DNA of 60,516 bases, the filler included, from Hausera hauseri (taxonomy: Eukaryota): NCBI GenBank assembly GCA_046269625.1. It is 10 parts of 10 records of this genome, joined end to end, with 100 filler letters (N's around TTAATTAATTAA, not from the genome) between each part and the next. Parts side by side here need not be neighbours in the genome. Positions count along the whole stretch, not along the records: positions 12,813 to 16,887 come from JBJURY010778204.1; positions 16,988 to 21,591 come from JBJURY010509129.1; positions 21,692 to 27,739 come from JBJURY010148201.1; 7 more parts are not named here. One strand, written 5' to 3'. Positions 13,560-25,400 of this stretch are shown piece after piece; the stretch's first letter is position 1, and each line of letters starts with the position of its first letter. Under the pieces are notes generated by a model. That model had not been told where the DNA came from and did no database searches. It was given only the letters and a program-made list of their open reading frames with translations. The translations under genes and the position numbers were made by a program.

Positions 13560-16500
13560 TAGATTTGCAAACTCTACAAACAGTGCTGGGCTCAAATCCA
13601 CGAGCCTGAAAATTGCCACAATGTTATGAAGAAGTATTTCAGCCATGTTTACAACATAGCTGAGTATTATATATGCCGTATATGAGGTAGTGTGCCAAAC
13701 CAATTATGAGGACTTTTACAGTGCCCATAAACATCACCCGATTTCCTTCACCAAGTCAGAAAAATATTCAATACGAATATGCCAATAATGATTTTCGTGC
13801 CTAAGCAAAATCAAGGATGTAATTCATACGTGTATTGCACATGTGCAATACACAACCCTCAGAACTGTCATAATACCATGAGGAGCTACTATGGACACAA
13901 ATACAAAAGGGCCCATTACTCTATTTGTCCAGGATGTCAGGCTCTATGTGATGAAGAATACATGCAGTTTTATTATAATCACAAACATCATTTGAGTGAC
14001 TTCGCTTCAAAGTCCAAGAAGACTATCTTCAATGCGCAACATAATCCTGCTTCGCAGTATTCTGGTTCGCATTATGCTGCTGGATCTGGTGCAGCACCTG
14101 CGAAGCATATGAGAGAATTGAAACGCGCAGCCATATCAGGCACAGCAGCATCAGGCGCATCAGGAGCAGCCACATCAGACGCAGCAGCATCAAGCGCAGC
14201 AGCTCCACCAAAAAGCCAAAGGCAGCGGCCAGTTGATGCTGCAGCATTAAAACGAAAATGCCGCAGATATGTTATTGATGCAACTGACTCCTCAAAGAGT
14301 TCCTCTTATACACAAAGGATGAAACAGAGGGAATACTCTGGGACAGCATGACAGAGCTCAAAGCCCTTAAGGTCAATATAAAACTGGAGGCCACATACAT
14401 CAATGTAGATGTCGACGAATCCAAAAGGGCCTTCAAGACCAAAAATAGGCTCGTATTGGAAGCCACCAATATAGTAGAATGGCTGCATGAAGAGCATGTG
14501 AAGCTGATCCACGAGGCTGAGGCAAGCCAGGATAAGAAGAGAGGCTCGACCCTGGCAGCCATCAAGAGATTGCGTGTGCATGTACACAAGTACTCCCCCA
14601 TGCAGGGCAGTTCATATATTCAGCTCCCTGAATGGATTCGGCAGAAAAACGCATGCATTAATGGCCATAATAGAAACAGCATGTGTTTCATGTATGTCAT
14701 TCTATCAAAACTCGTAACGTATCAAAATCATGCTTTACGAGTTTGACTATATAGGGATGTGCAGCACAACAATGGCTTCCAACGTATCACATTCCCACCA
14801 TCCACAGATGAAGTCAAAAAATTCGGACAACTAAACAATATATCCATAAACATCTTTGGATTGGATGAGGAGGACAAATTCTATCCCCTGCAAATATGCG
14901 ATGCTGAATTGGAAGATCATAGGAATCTGCTCCTACTAGACGATGGAGAAAAGAAACTTTATGTTTGGATAAAGAATTTCGAAAGTCTAGTAAGATCCCA
15001 AATAACAAAACATCATGGACAAATAGAAATATGCAAACGACTCTTGTCCCATTTCAGTGACAATATAGCAGTATTGAAGCACAAGTTGTACTGCAACAAC
15101 AATTATTGTATCAAGCCAGAATTTCCCAAGGAAGACTACATCGAATTTAAGAAGTTCGATTAAAAGATCAAAGTCCCAATAGTAATCTACTACGACTTTG
15201 AGGATATTTTCGGTCCAGTTCAGAGTTGCAGCCCTAATCCACAACATATCAGTACAACGACATACCAATATCATGAACTTTCATCATATAGCATGTATGT
15301 CAAAGGACTGGACAGTGTACAATATCTATTCAGAGGTCCAGGCGCAGCAGCTCATTTCATGAAGAGACTTGAAAACATAGCTCATAGGATTGGAGATATG
15401 CTGCAGCAGCATAAGAATAACATGAGCATGTCGAAGATGCAGGAAGAAGAATGGCGCAAGGCAACATGTTACTTGTGCGACAAGTCCTTCACAGCGGAGA
15501 ATTGGAAAGTCAGTGATCACTGCCATTTTACAGGTGCATGTCGAGGCGCAGCCTAAAACAACTGCGATCTACGTTGCAGAACATGTACATATGTGCATGT
15601 AGTGTTCCACAACCTCAATGGCTATGATTCCCACTTCATTGTTCGGGAACTGGGAAACATTGATGTGATTCCCAATAGTGAGGAAAAGTATGTCACATTT
15701 ACGAAACATGTTGGGAAAATAAGGCTTCGCTTCGTAGACAGCTTCCGTTTCATGTCGTCTTCACTTGACAGCTTAGTGAAGAACCTCCCTGCAGACGAAC
15801 TCAAAGAGATGAAGCGATTTTCCCCACTGCATTTGACCTCGTCAAGAGGAAAGGCGTGTTTCCTTATGATTACATAACTTCATAGGAAACACTGGATGAG
15901 ACCTCATTGCCGAACAAGAAGGACTTTTACAATATCCTCTCTAATTGCAATATCAGTGATATGGACTACCAGCATGCTCAAAATGTCTGGCATGCATTCC
16001 AATGAAGGACTATTGGGGAATACAGAGACATATACCTCAAGACGGACGTGCTGCTGCTAACGGATGTCTTTGAGGGCTTCAGGGATATTACGATGAAGAG
16101 CCATGCATTAGATCCGGCTCATTTTTTACGGCTCCATGGCTTCAAGTGGGTCGAACATCCTGAAAACATCCATATACTAGATCTGGATCCGCTGGAGATA
16201 TGGGATACATACTGGAGGTGGATATAGAATATCCGGCTTCTATCCACACAAGGCATGAACAGCTGCCTTTCCTCCCAGAGAGCAAGTATCCGCCCCATGG
16301 AAAGCATAAAAAGCTGCTCTGCCATCTGGGTAGTAAGGAGACGTATGTAGTCCACTACATAAATCTCCAGCAGGCGGTGAGAAATGGACTCCGAATTACT
16401 AAGATCCACCGAGCCCTGCAGTTCAGCCAGTCTAACTGGCTGGAACCGTACATAGACCTCAATACGAAGCTGCGGACCAATGCTAAGAACGACTTTGAGA

Positions 16501-16887
16501 AGGACCAGTTCAAGCTGTACAACAGCAGCATTTTTGGCAAGACCATGGAAAATATCCGCAACAGGATTAACATAGAGTTGGTCACTGTGTGGAAGCGAGC
16601 AAAGAAGCTTATTGCCAAGTCCAACTTCCACAGAAGCACCATATATGCGAACTTGGTCAGCATAAATATACTGAAAACACCCTTGCAATTCAACAAGCCA
16701 ATATATGTGGGTATGGCAATACTAGACCTGTCGAAGACCTTGATGTACAAATTCCACTACGAAATCATGGTCCCCACATTCAAGTCCATACAGCTGATGT
16801 ATATGGATACTGATAGTTTCATCTATCATATCTATACGGAGGACATTTATGAGGACTTTGCTAAGTTGGCTCGACATATGGATACGT
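13560..16887 (+). mobile_element. pPolB element copy 2: tandem Cys/His-rich domains, Ala-rich linker, endonuclease VII-like domain, DNA pol B (decayed, truncated by contig end)
   Basis: GSSYIQLPEWI, CYLC...DHCHFTGACRGAA, FHNLNGYDSHFI, FVDSFRFM, KLYNSSIFGKTMEN, YMDTDS. Confidence 0.9.
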
Positions 16888-16987
16888 NNNNNNNNNNNNN
16901 NNNNNNNNNNNNNNNNNNNNNNNNNNNNNNNTTAATTAATTAANNNNNNNNNNNNNNNNNNNNNNNNNNNNNNNNNNNNNNNNNNNN

Positions 16988-17470
16988 CCTTTTCTGGTAT
17001 CGTATTCTACTCCATTACAATGTCCGCTATGCACATCCAGCCTTCCAGCTACTACTTTATATGCCCTAATTATTTTTCTGGGTTGCATTTCCAATTGCAT
17101 GTTGTCCCATTGTATTCTTCCGGTTTTCTTAGCTTGTTTGCAATGTTGATGCTATAAATTCATCGGAATTAGAGGAGAAGTTGGCTTGATTATGGAGGAA
17201 TGTCCGTGTATTAGTCCACAGTGAAAAATACTACGTGACCGTTTCAACATGCACTCCATTCCTCCTAATGATACCAATTATTGTTGTTGATACAGGAAGT
17301 AACTTTTCTCTCTTGTTTCTAGCTTGTGCGGTCTGGCATCCTCGCATACTTCTAGATCCACTAAGGAATATCTCTGTCATAATTTAACCTTATCGCAATC
17401 ATATACGGTTACAGCGCCTATATGCTTTATTATCATCATTAAGGTGAGCAAGCTAATTAGCCAGTTTGAT
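16988..17470 (-). pseudogene. env: N-terminal part of chuvirus-like (class III) glycoprotein with internal signal sequence, copy A
   Basis: WLISLLTLMMIIKHIGA-VTVYDC...YSLVDLEVC...ECMLKRSRSIFHCGLIHGHSS...HCKQAKKTG. Confidence 0.7.
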
Positions 17471-20400
17471 TCATTCTTTCGACCTCCAATGTTTGACGTT
17501 GTCAAGTTACGTAACATATCGTCGAGTTTAATGTTGTTTCGTTTGTCTTCTTCCTTGTCGAATAGTCTAGCCCAATTTACCTCGCAAGGCATTCTTCTTG
17601 CTGCTTTCCGCACTAAGCTTATAGCCCTGTTGATTTCATTCTGTCGGTTAGGGTTTATCTTGATAGCTAAATATAATAACACTTTTCTCAACTCCTCATT
17701 GGTGTTTTCTACCATAATCTTATCAATTACTGATTCACCGGTTAAGTTACTTTTCGATAGTTTGAACCGCGAACTTCGCATCATCTTAGCTGCATTGAAT
17801 ATTATCTTTTCTTTATTATCTAATACATCACCTTGAAGTCTTGAATAATTTACAATTCGTATTAAATTTTTCATTAACTCTCTTAATTCCTCATTATCTC
17901 TGCTAAGAGTTGAAATCGACATGAGTCTCAATTCTCTAATTAACTCTCCATTGTAATCTACTTCTTCTGTCACTTTTCTAGGCCTACCTACTGGGCGTTT
18001 CGGTCTCGGACCCTTAGTGATTGTTTCAGTCAGTGGTAATAAATTTATATCGTATTGTTCCTTATTCTCGTCTGTTTGTAAATACTCAAAATACAATACA
18101 GCGTCTCGAACTCCCATGATTTGTCCTACGCATTGTTCTGTTTTGGCTTTACGTGTGGCTTCTTCTTTTGTCTGTTCGTTAGCTATCACTATTACTATCC
18201 GATTTGTTTTGTCAGGAATAATCCCGACGTCCATTAGTTGTTCTAGATCATCGAGTATTCTACCTCTAAAATAAAATCTGTAATTTAACTCGTTTGTTCC
18301 ACCACTGTTTATTGGCCATTCTCTTACGTCCTTTACGTCGAAATATGTAGTTAACTCGCATTATTTTTTGTCCATCCATTCGGATGACACCATTACTTTT
18401 ATCGTTACCTCAGGTTTAGCCCTCAAGATTTTAGCGTACTTCCTTATCAAAAGTTTCGACACCGTACTATAGATCGTGTTTTCTCTAGATAATTTAGTTA
18501 AAGTTGGAATAAGTTGTCGTAATTTATTCTCAGTAATGTTTACGTTAATTAATTCAATCAAATCCCTTTCAGTTTGCGCTGAATCCAGTAGCATCTCCAC
18601 ATTGAATATTCTGTTCTGCGGGCACGTTTCTATTTTATTTAATTGTATTGGAGTCATGGGCTTTTCGGTCAGCATTGCGTCGAAATATGCATCCCACTAT
18701 TGCTCCTTACCGACTTCTGGGAGTCCAGCGTCTATCCCAATTATTTTTGCTCTCTGTACATTTTCCCGAATTTCTTTCAACCTGGGTTGTATTTCTTTCA
18801 TCTGCGTAGTCCGAAAACCTACTCCATTTCCACAGGCATATTAAATCATTTTCAGTAATTCCCCGAATTCTTTCGAGTCGATGAATCCCTTTTGATGATA
18901 ATCTGTTAGTTCGATGATTACATTTTTTTCCATCTATGTACAAATTCTCGTTTATTCTTAATTTCGGATTCGGTAAAAGCATATTTGTTCCGATAGACGT
19001 CAATCTCTTTTGTTATTTCATCTAACCTTGTTGCTCTTTGTTTCGTTTTGATACATGTTTCTTCTACTTTCTGTATATTGGGCATCAATTGCCTCATTTG
19101 CTCATCACTGATTTCCGCCATTTCCACTAATAAATAGGCTAATTCATATATCTCATTTATAACCTTCGCATCGGAATCCATGGCATCCGATAATTTCTTT
19201 ATGAACTTGTGTTCCTGAAAACTAAAATGTGGATCGTCTCTTATTTTTATCAACTTGGTATGGAAATTTTGGTCTGATCCGGGCATCCATTATTGTGGTT
19301 CGTGCAAGAATTTTATTGTGTCTATTATCGTATCTTGATGTCCTGGACAAATGTCCAAGGTTTCAAAGTCTTGTACAGAAATTTCGACAATCGGTTTTCC
19401 TGTTAAGTATTGGACTCCTTCTAGTCGGACAATCCTTAACTTTGAATTTACATCATAAATCATATTCCGTTTTTCCGTAAAATTCGTTTCTTCGATCAGT
19501 TTATAGATTTACTCCATCATCAACTCTTCTCGTTCCTTTTCCATAAATTTTAGTCGTCTTAGCGCTTCGAATTGAGTACGAATGTCTATTTCTATCCTCA
19601 TTGTGCCTAGATCATACGCACCTTCTTCTAATTGTTTCTTTACCGTTGGCTCACATTGCGGAAAATCTGTTTTGCGGTCTTCTACTAGTTTGCTTAATCG
19701 TGTTATTAATTCGGACCATTCCGACAATTGATTTGTGATAATTAATTTTGCTGTTATAGCTCTATCTAACATCTTATATACATCTCCTAACTCATCGTCT
19801 GGTTCTCTTAGGAAATTTATAATCTGGCTGACACAACTGAACTCGTCCCTGTACTCGTCCAATTCTACGATACAAGCCTTTACTATACATTGATTCTCCT
19901 CATTGTTTGGGAATATAATTAGATTTCTCAAATTATAAATCTGTGCTCGCATTTTGTTTTCTATTTTAATTCTATTATCTAAATTCGTATACCGTCTAGG
20001 TACGGCGAACGTGAGTTTAATCATCTCCATTAAGGGAGGGATATCCACTAGGTCTATACCCAATATTTCTAAGTCAATATTACTTCGATTACTAACCGGT
20101 TTTTTTTTGAGCCAGTGAATCATTGCCAGGAGAATTTCATTCATCATACGCTCCAAACTGCGAGCTGCTCTCTTTAATTTCTGGTTTGCTTCTAAAGTGG
20201 ACAGTAATGTCTGAGTTTTAATGACTTTTACATCGACTGTTTCTTCATTTTTATTCCATCCTTCTGAAATTTCTACTCTGCTTTTAATCTATGATTCTAA
20301 TTCCTGCTTCCATTTTAACAACGTTTCGGTTGATACCTCTTCGGGTTGTTCTAAGTCAACCGCTTCTGCAAACTTCCCTTCACTACGCAGTTTCAAACTT

Positions 20401-20638
20401 TCATATAACTTCTCAGTGAATATTGTTCTTTCCCGGATATATCTACTTGTTCGCTAATTTGTTTGAGCCTTTCTAAGTTACACTGTAATATTTCTGGATC
20501 ATAACGTTTGTTTCTTATTTTTCTTAACTCCTCGGCGTTTTTCACGAATGTCGGACTTTCCACTTCTGAAAATCGAAATCATCTGTATTCGTCATTTCTT
20601 CTTCACTATTGGGAAGTGGGCAGATCTCGTTAATTTCA

Positions 20639-21591
20639 TTAATCAACTCTATAGGTTCCGCTACTCCGACAGGTGTGTGAATCAATTTCTGGTGTATTCA
20701 AACTATGATTCGTGTCGCGTCTTACAACGACGTTCCGATTTTCCGTTTCTTCAATTTTCTCTCTGGTTATTTTGGAACGTGAACGACTTCTTCGTTTTGT
20801 TTTCAGAGAAGGGCTACGGCCTCTGTTTTTCGTAATTTTGAGTATTAATGGTTCCATAAATTCTTTTTCTGCTGCATCGTCCTCGGTAAGTTTAGTTATT
20901 TTTTCAACTGTAAACTCAGACTCTGCGTCTAAGTCGACTGCCGTCGATGTGCTTGGTTTATCAGATGGTTTATTGCTTGTCAGAACACTCTTTTTCCGTG
21001 TAATATCACTTCGTTTAGGTGCTATTGCGTGTTCGTATTCAGTTTCTGGTTCTGCTAAGCCATGGTACAATTCTAGTAATCTCAACTTATCTCCGTATTC
21101 TCTTCTAGCCATCAAAATTTGTAAGATAGTAGTATCTGGCTGAGCATCTAGGAATTTTCTCATATCCTGTATATCGATGACAGTGCTTGTATCTCCACGA
21201 ATACCATACTTCGCTTCTAAATTTTTATTGATTCTAATCATACTAGTCTTATTTGGTTCAGTAAATGAAACGCTACGCGGATTTGGACATGATCTTGAAA
21301 TATGTCCTTCTTTGCCACAAGTAAAACAAACCAAATTCCCATTTCTGCCGACTCTCTGTCAACCGTCGTCGTTCACCGGTGACTTAAATCTATTTATACC
21401 CTTATTATACTGGTTTGACAAACTTTTCGCATTATTGGCATTTCGTCTATTATCGTTATTTCGGTTATCGCCGTTTTGACATGAGTAATTTGAACCTTTA
21501 TATTTTGCCGCTATTCCTATCCCAGTTAGAGTCTGATCTGTTCGTATAATTACTACTTCTGCCATTTCTGTAACCGTCATTATTATTTCTA
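20639..21591 (-). pseudogene. gag: Gag C-terminus with CCHC zinc knuckle and extension
   Basis: Asn/Arg-rich segment then C-x2-C-x4-H-x4-C; one in-frame stop at 21359. Confidence 0.8.
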
Positions 21592-21691
21592 NNNNNNNNN
21601 NNNNNNNNNNNNNNNNNNNNNNNNNNNNNNNNNNNTTAATTAATTAANNNNNNNNNNNNNNNNNNNNNNNNNNNNNNNNNNNNNNNNNNNN

Positions 21692-22140
21692 GCAGAGACC
21701 AATGATGATAAGATGAGACAGTTGATGACTCAAATACGACAGGTCGAAGAAACGCGGATTCGAACAAAACTGAGAGCAACAGGATTAGATGAGTTAGCCA
21801 AAGAATTTGAAATTTACAGAAACAAATACGCTTTCACCGAGTCAGAGATTAACAAAAAGTCAGAATTTGTACAGAGATGGCAAAGAGACGTAACCAACGA
21901 ACTGACCGATTTCCAACAAAAGGGATTTATCCACTCAGATGAACTAGGCAAACTATTGAAAATGATCCAGTATGCCTGTGGAAACGGAGTAGGATTCCGA
22001 ACCACGCAGGTGAGAGAAATACTGCAAAGACTGAGATACGAGATATTGTTCAAAATACGAATACGGCACTAATAGATTACGAACTTCCAGAGGTCGGAAA
22101 CGAACAAGAATGGGATGCATAAGATGTAAGTTAGAACATG
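21692..22140 (+). pseudogene. Fragment of complex gypsy unknown region (further copy)
   Basis: ORF 21713-22072 matches 18918-19286/18707-19003 (MRQLM..I..VEET, YRNKYAFTESEI, YACGNGVGFRTTQ). Confidence 0.85.
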
Positions 22141-22199
22141 AGCGCACACCCCTCAGGATCGATAATCAATATGCAATAATCAATTTTTTTTAATTTTTT

Positions 22200-22470
22200 A
22201 TTTTTACATTTTCTTTTACAAAGTGATATCAAACTCCCCCCCACACACACAGTGCACCATCGATTTTAACTCTTCGAAAGTGTGCTGCACTATTCGAATT
22301 CGGTGCAATTTTTCGAAAAATTAAAATGTGTATTTTGAATTTTATACAACATGGTATAGGTGGGACAAATTTTTCAAAATTGTTTTTTCGAACTTGAATA
22401 TCTTTTTACCCAGTTTTCGAATAATTTTGGTCTCTATCGAATGGTATAGGTTACAGGAACACGCGACCTT
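22200..22470. repeat. Non-coding insertion, probable short interspersed/MITE-like repeat
   Basis: Interrupts two retroelement pieces; rich in TTCGAA/GTGCAC palindromic words, duplicated ATGGTATAGGT; loosely resembles 45750-45911. Confidence 0.35.
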
Positions 22471-22479
22471 AGGAACCAA

Positions 22480-25400
22480 ATCTATGACCATTCAAATATT
22501 TCGAATAAAGTATTCGAAAGGCTCTATCTACGATGAGAGTGCAACACAATACGCATACTCACTACGACAAATTGTTGCCCAATTTGTTGAGGCAGTCCGA
22601 TTAAACGCAGTTAAAAGGGAAAAAGCATCTGATGAGAAAGAATTGAACACGTATATATTGTTGCTTACCCAGTTTCTAAATGGACTAAGTCCTGAATTGA
22701 GATACAAAGTACAGGCAAAATATCCTAGTGAATTTGTAGATACATAGAAGACTGCACAAATGATTGAATCATTTGCACCACCACAAAAATCAAAGAATAC
22801 ACATAATAACAACAGATTTCCCGATTTTAATCGAAACGAAAATAGAAACGATAATACACGAACTGACCGAAGATATAGAAAAAATGTTGATTTTCACCGG
22901 TATGACAGATCAGATCAAAGAAATTTTACGGAATCAAGAACTCAAACCCCAATGAAGTAAGAAAATGTTATGCATTACGAAAAGAGTAGCTCTCCTCAAT
23001 TTGAGCAGAGTATGATTTAGTCCAGGGACAATATAAAAGATAGGTAGACAGGACCTGAAAAATCAGGACAAATGATTACATGCTTCAGATGTAATAAAAC
23101 AGGACATTATGCAGTTCATATCACACCCCAGCACACGAGTTGCCGAAACCCACTGAAAAAACAAATGCCGCAATGTACAGTGATACTACTGAAGCTTTTT
23201 TGAAGAGAATCTCCGAATTAACTCCGGGTAAAAGGAATCTTGTATCCAATGTTCTGGGAAAAATAGATGCTGATGTTGACCACTTTTTAGAAAACATAAT
23301 ACCGATACCAGTTATAGCTTACCTCAGTGCAGAGGAGTTTTTGAAGATTTAAATGAAAAAGAACCTGTAGCGGAACCGGCACAGGCTAAAAATATTACTG
23401 AATCTGTAATCATTGAAGCTCGAACAGAAGCTAAGAATAGACTCCTCGGCAAACAACTTTCTGAAGTAGATGAGTTTATGCTTGAATGTTTTCCAGTGTA
23501 TCCACTAGTAGTAGCGTGTACCAGAGTTAAGACGGATTCGGATAAAAAGGCTAATTTACCCAGTCCAGAAGACAAATTCGCATGTTATCGAATACCGAAA
23601 AAGAAACGAGAAATTACTAAATCACCCATTACTAATTGGGATATTGAATATAAGCAAAGGTACCAAAAACATGAAACATTAGATAACGCAACTGCATCCA
23701 CATCCAAACAAGGAGAACTACATCCGTCAAATAGAGCCAGGCGTACAAATTATTGAGAGATAGCATTTATGAAGTTGCTGATAAAGAAATTATAAAACGA
23801 TTGAAACAAAGAATCAAGGAACAGATACAAAATGATTTGAGGAAAATAAATAAAGGTAAAATTCCCAATGAGTTGAGATCGTCCAAATTAATAAGTACTT
23901 ACACTGAGGAAAATTGCCTAAGTAAATTAGACCAAGCCGATAAAGACAAATTGATAAAAGAAATTTATAAAATCCGAGAAAAGATCTGGTTTCCTCCTAA
24001 AAGGAACCAAGATACTTGATGGATGCTGAAAGGCAAGAGAAATTAAATTAACAAATCGACGACGTAATCGGAGAAGTTTTGGGTCGAAAAGTTGACCATC
24101 ACCGATTATAGTTAGAAGTAACGGCAATGAAGGAGCATCGCCGACTCCCGATATAGCATACAAAACCAAACTGATCAAAGATAATGACGAAGTCGATATT
24201 AGAAAATTTATAAAAGGATATGATTTGTTCCTTAATAATAATGTATCAACTAGAAACAAATATTTAGACCGACTGTGTCTTTTACTGTTAAAAAACAAAA
24301 AAATGAAATTGGAATATAAAGAATAAAAAGAAATTCGAAACAATATGGAACTGTGGTTGAATCGGACGTTCGAAGCAGGAAGAAAAATCCAGTTGAAGAA
24401 AATCAGTGATATTTGAACTGAAATTTAGAAATCGTTATGCAACTTTGTCAACACACTTAGTTGAATTACGATAGGTATTCGACCGGATTAGACTCGCGAA
24501 ATTAAAACTAAATCCGAAAGTGTGAATGATGTAAAACCGAGGTTCGATATCTTTGAATTGTAGTATTAAATCAAGGCACATCGCCCAGTACGGATTTAAT
24601 GACCATAATATTGGAGTATCTGCCACCTACCAGTGTCAACGAAATGAGAGCTTGGTTGGGATTGAGAGGATTTTACGCCACCCTTTAGACAATTTTGCGG
24701 AAATTAATCAACCACAGTATCAACTGTTGAAAAAGAACCAGAAACAGGAATAGACCGAAAGAAATCAAGAAGCTTTTGATGAAATTAAACGACTTTTAGT
24801 ATCTGCACCAATAATGAGATATACAGATTTGTCCTTACGCTCATCTTACAAACAGACGCCACCCTCAAAGCAATCAGTTACATTCTAGGCCAACAGAGCC
24901 CGAATGAGTTAATGAAACATGTAATTGCTTATAAAAGACGCAGTTTGGACAACGCTGAGAGAAAATACTCTACCAGAGTCAGAATTGTTAGCAATACGCG
25001 AAGGATTACGTCACTACGAATATTATGTGTATGGACACGAATTCAGTGTTTACAGACCATAAAGCACTACTGTCATTACGTTCGGAACAACAGACATGTA
25101 TTAAATAGACTCCAAAGATGGAAGTTAGAAATTTTGAATTATGATATTGAGTCAGATACCGACCCGGAAAGGACAATACGGACGCAGATGCAATTTCGAT
25201 ATTACCACATGAGAATAGTAGTTTCGGTGCATAAACCAAGGGATACAGAGAAAGACAGATAATTAAATAAGAAAATTATTAATGTTACAGGAACGACAAA
25301 TTTATGTTCGAAATATCGAAATCTTACAAAATCAAGATCCATTCATTGTCTAGGTTAAACAACTGGCAAATTGACACATGGCTGATCACGTATCAAGTCA

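Larger units (their letters stand above)
16988..21591 (-). mobile_element. Complex gypsy element copy A: gag C-terminus, long unknown region, start of glycoprotein
   Basis: CFTCGKEGHISRSC knuckle (21287-21328); co-oriented ORF fragments 20639-21334, 19509-20156, 18918-19286, 18361-18675, 17377-18234; last one is clearly homologous to 50275-50925. Confidence 0.85.

Noticed and set aside
16887-16988. Apparent physical linkage of pPolB element with the complex retroelement (and other cross-spacer neighbourhoods)
   Set aside because: Separated by artificial spacers; adjacency is not evidence
17324-17836. Long antisense ORFs over retroelement and pPolB genes (also 16119-16688, 20712-21143, 53301-53720)
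   Set aside because: Shadows of the coding strand; no independent motifs
21359-21361. In-frame TGA before the gag knuckle as readthrough site
   Set aside because: Context TGA-CAG-AGA, single copy; simplest as TGG-to-TGA mutation
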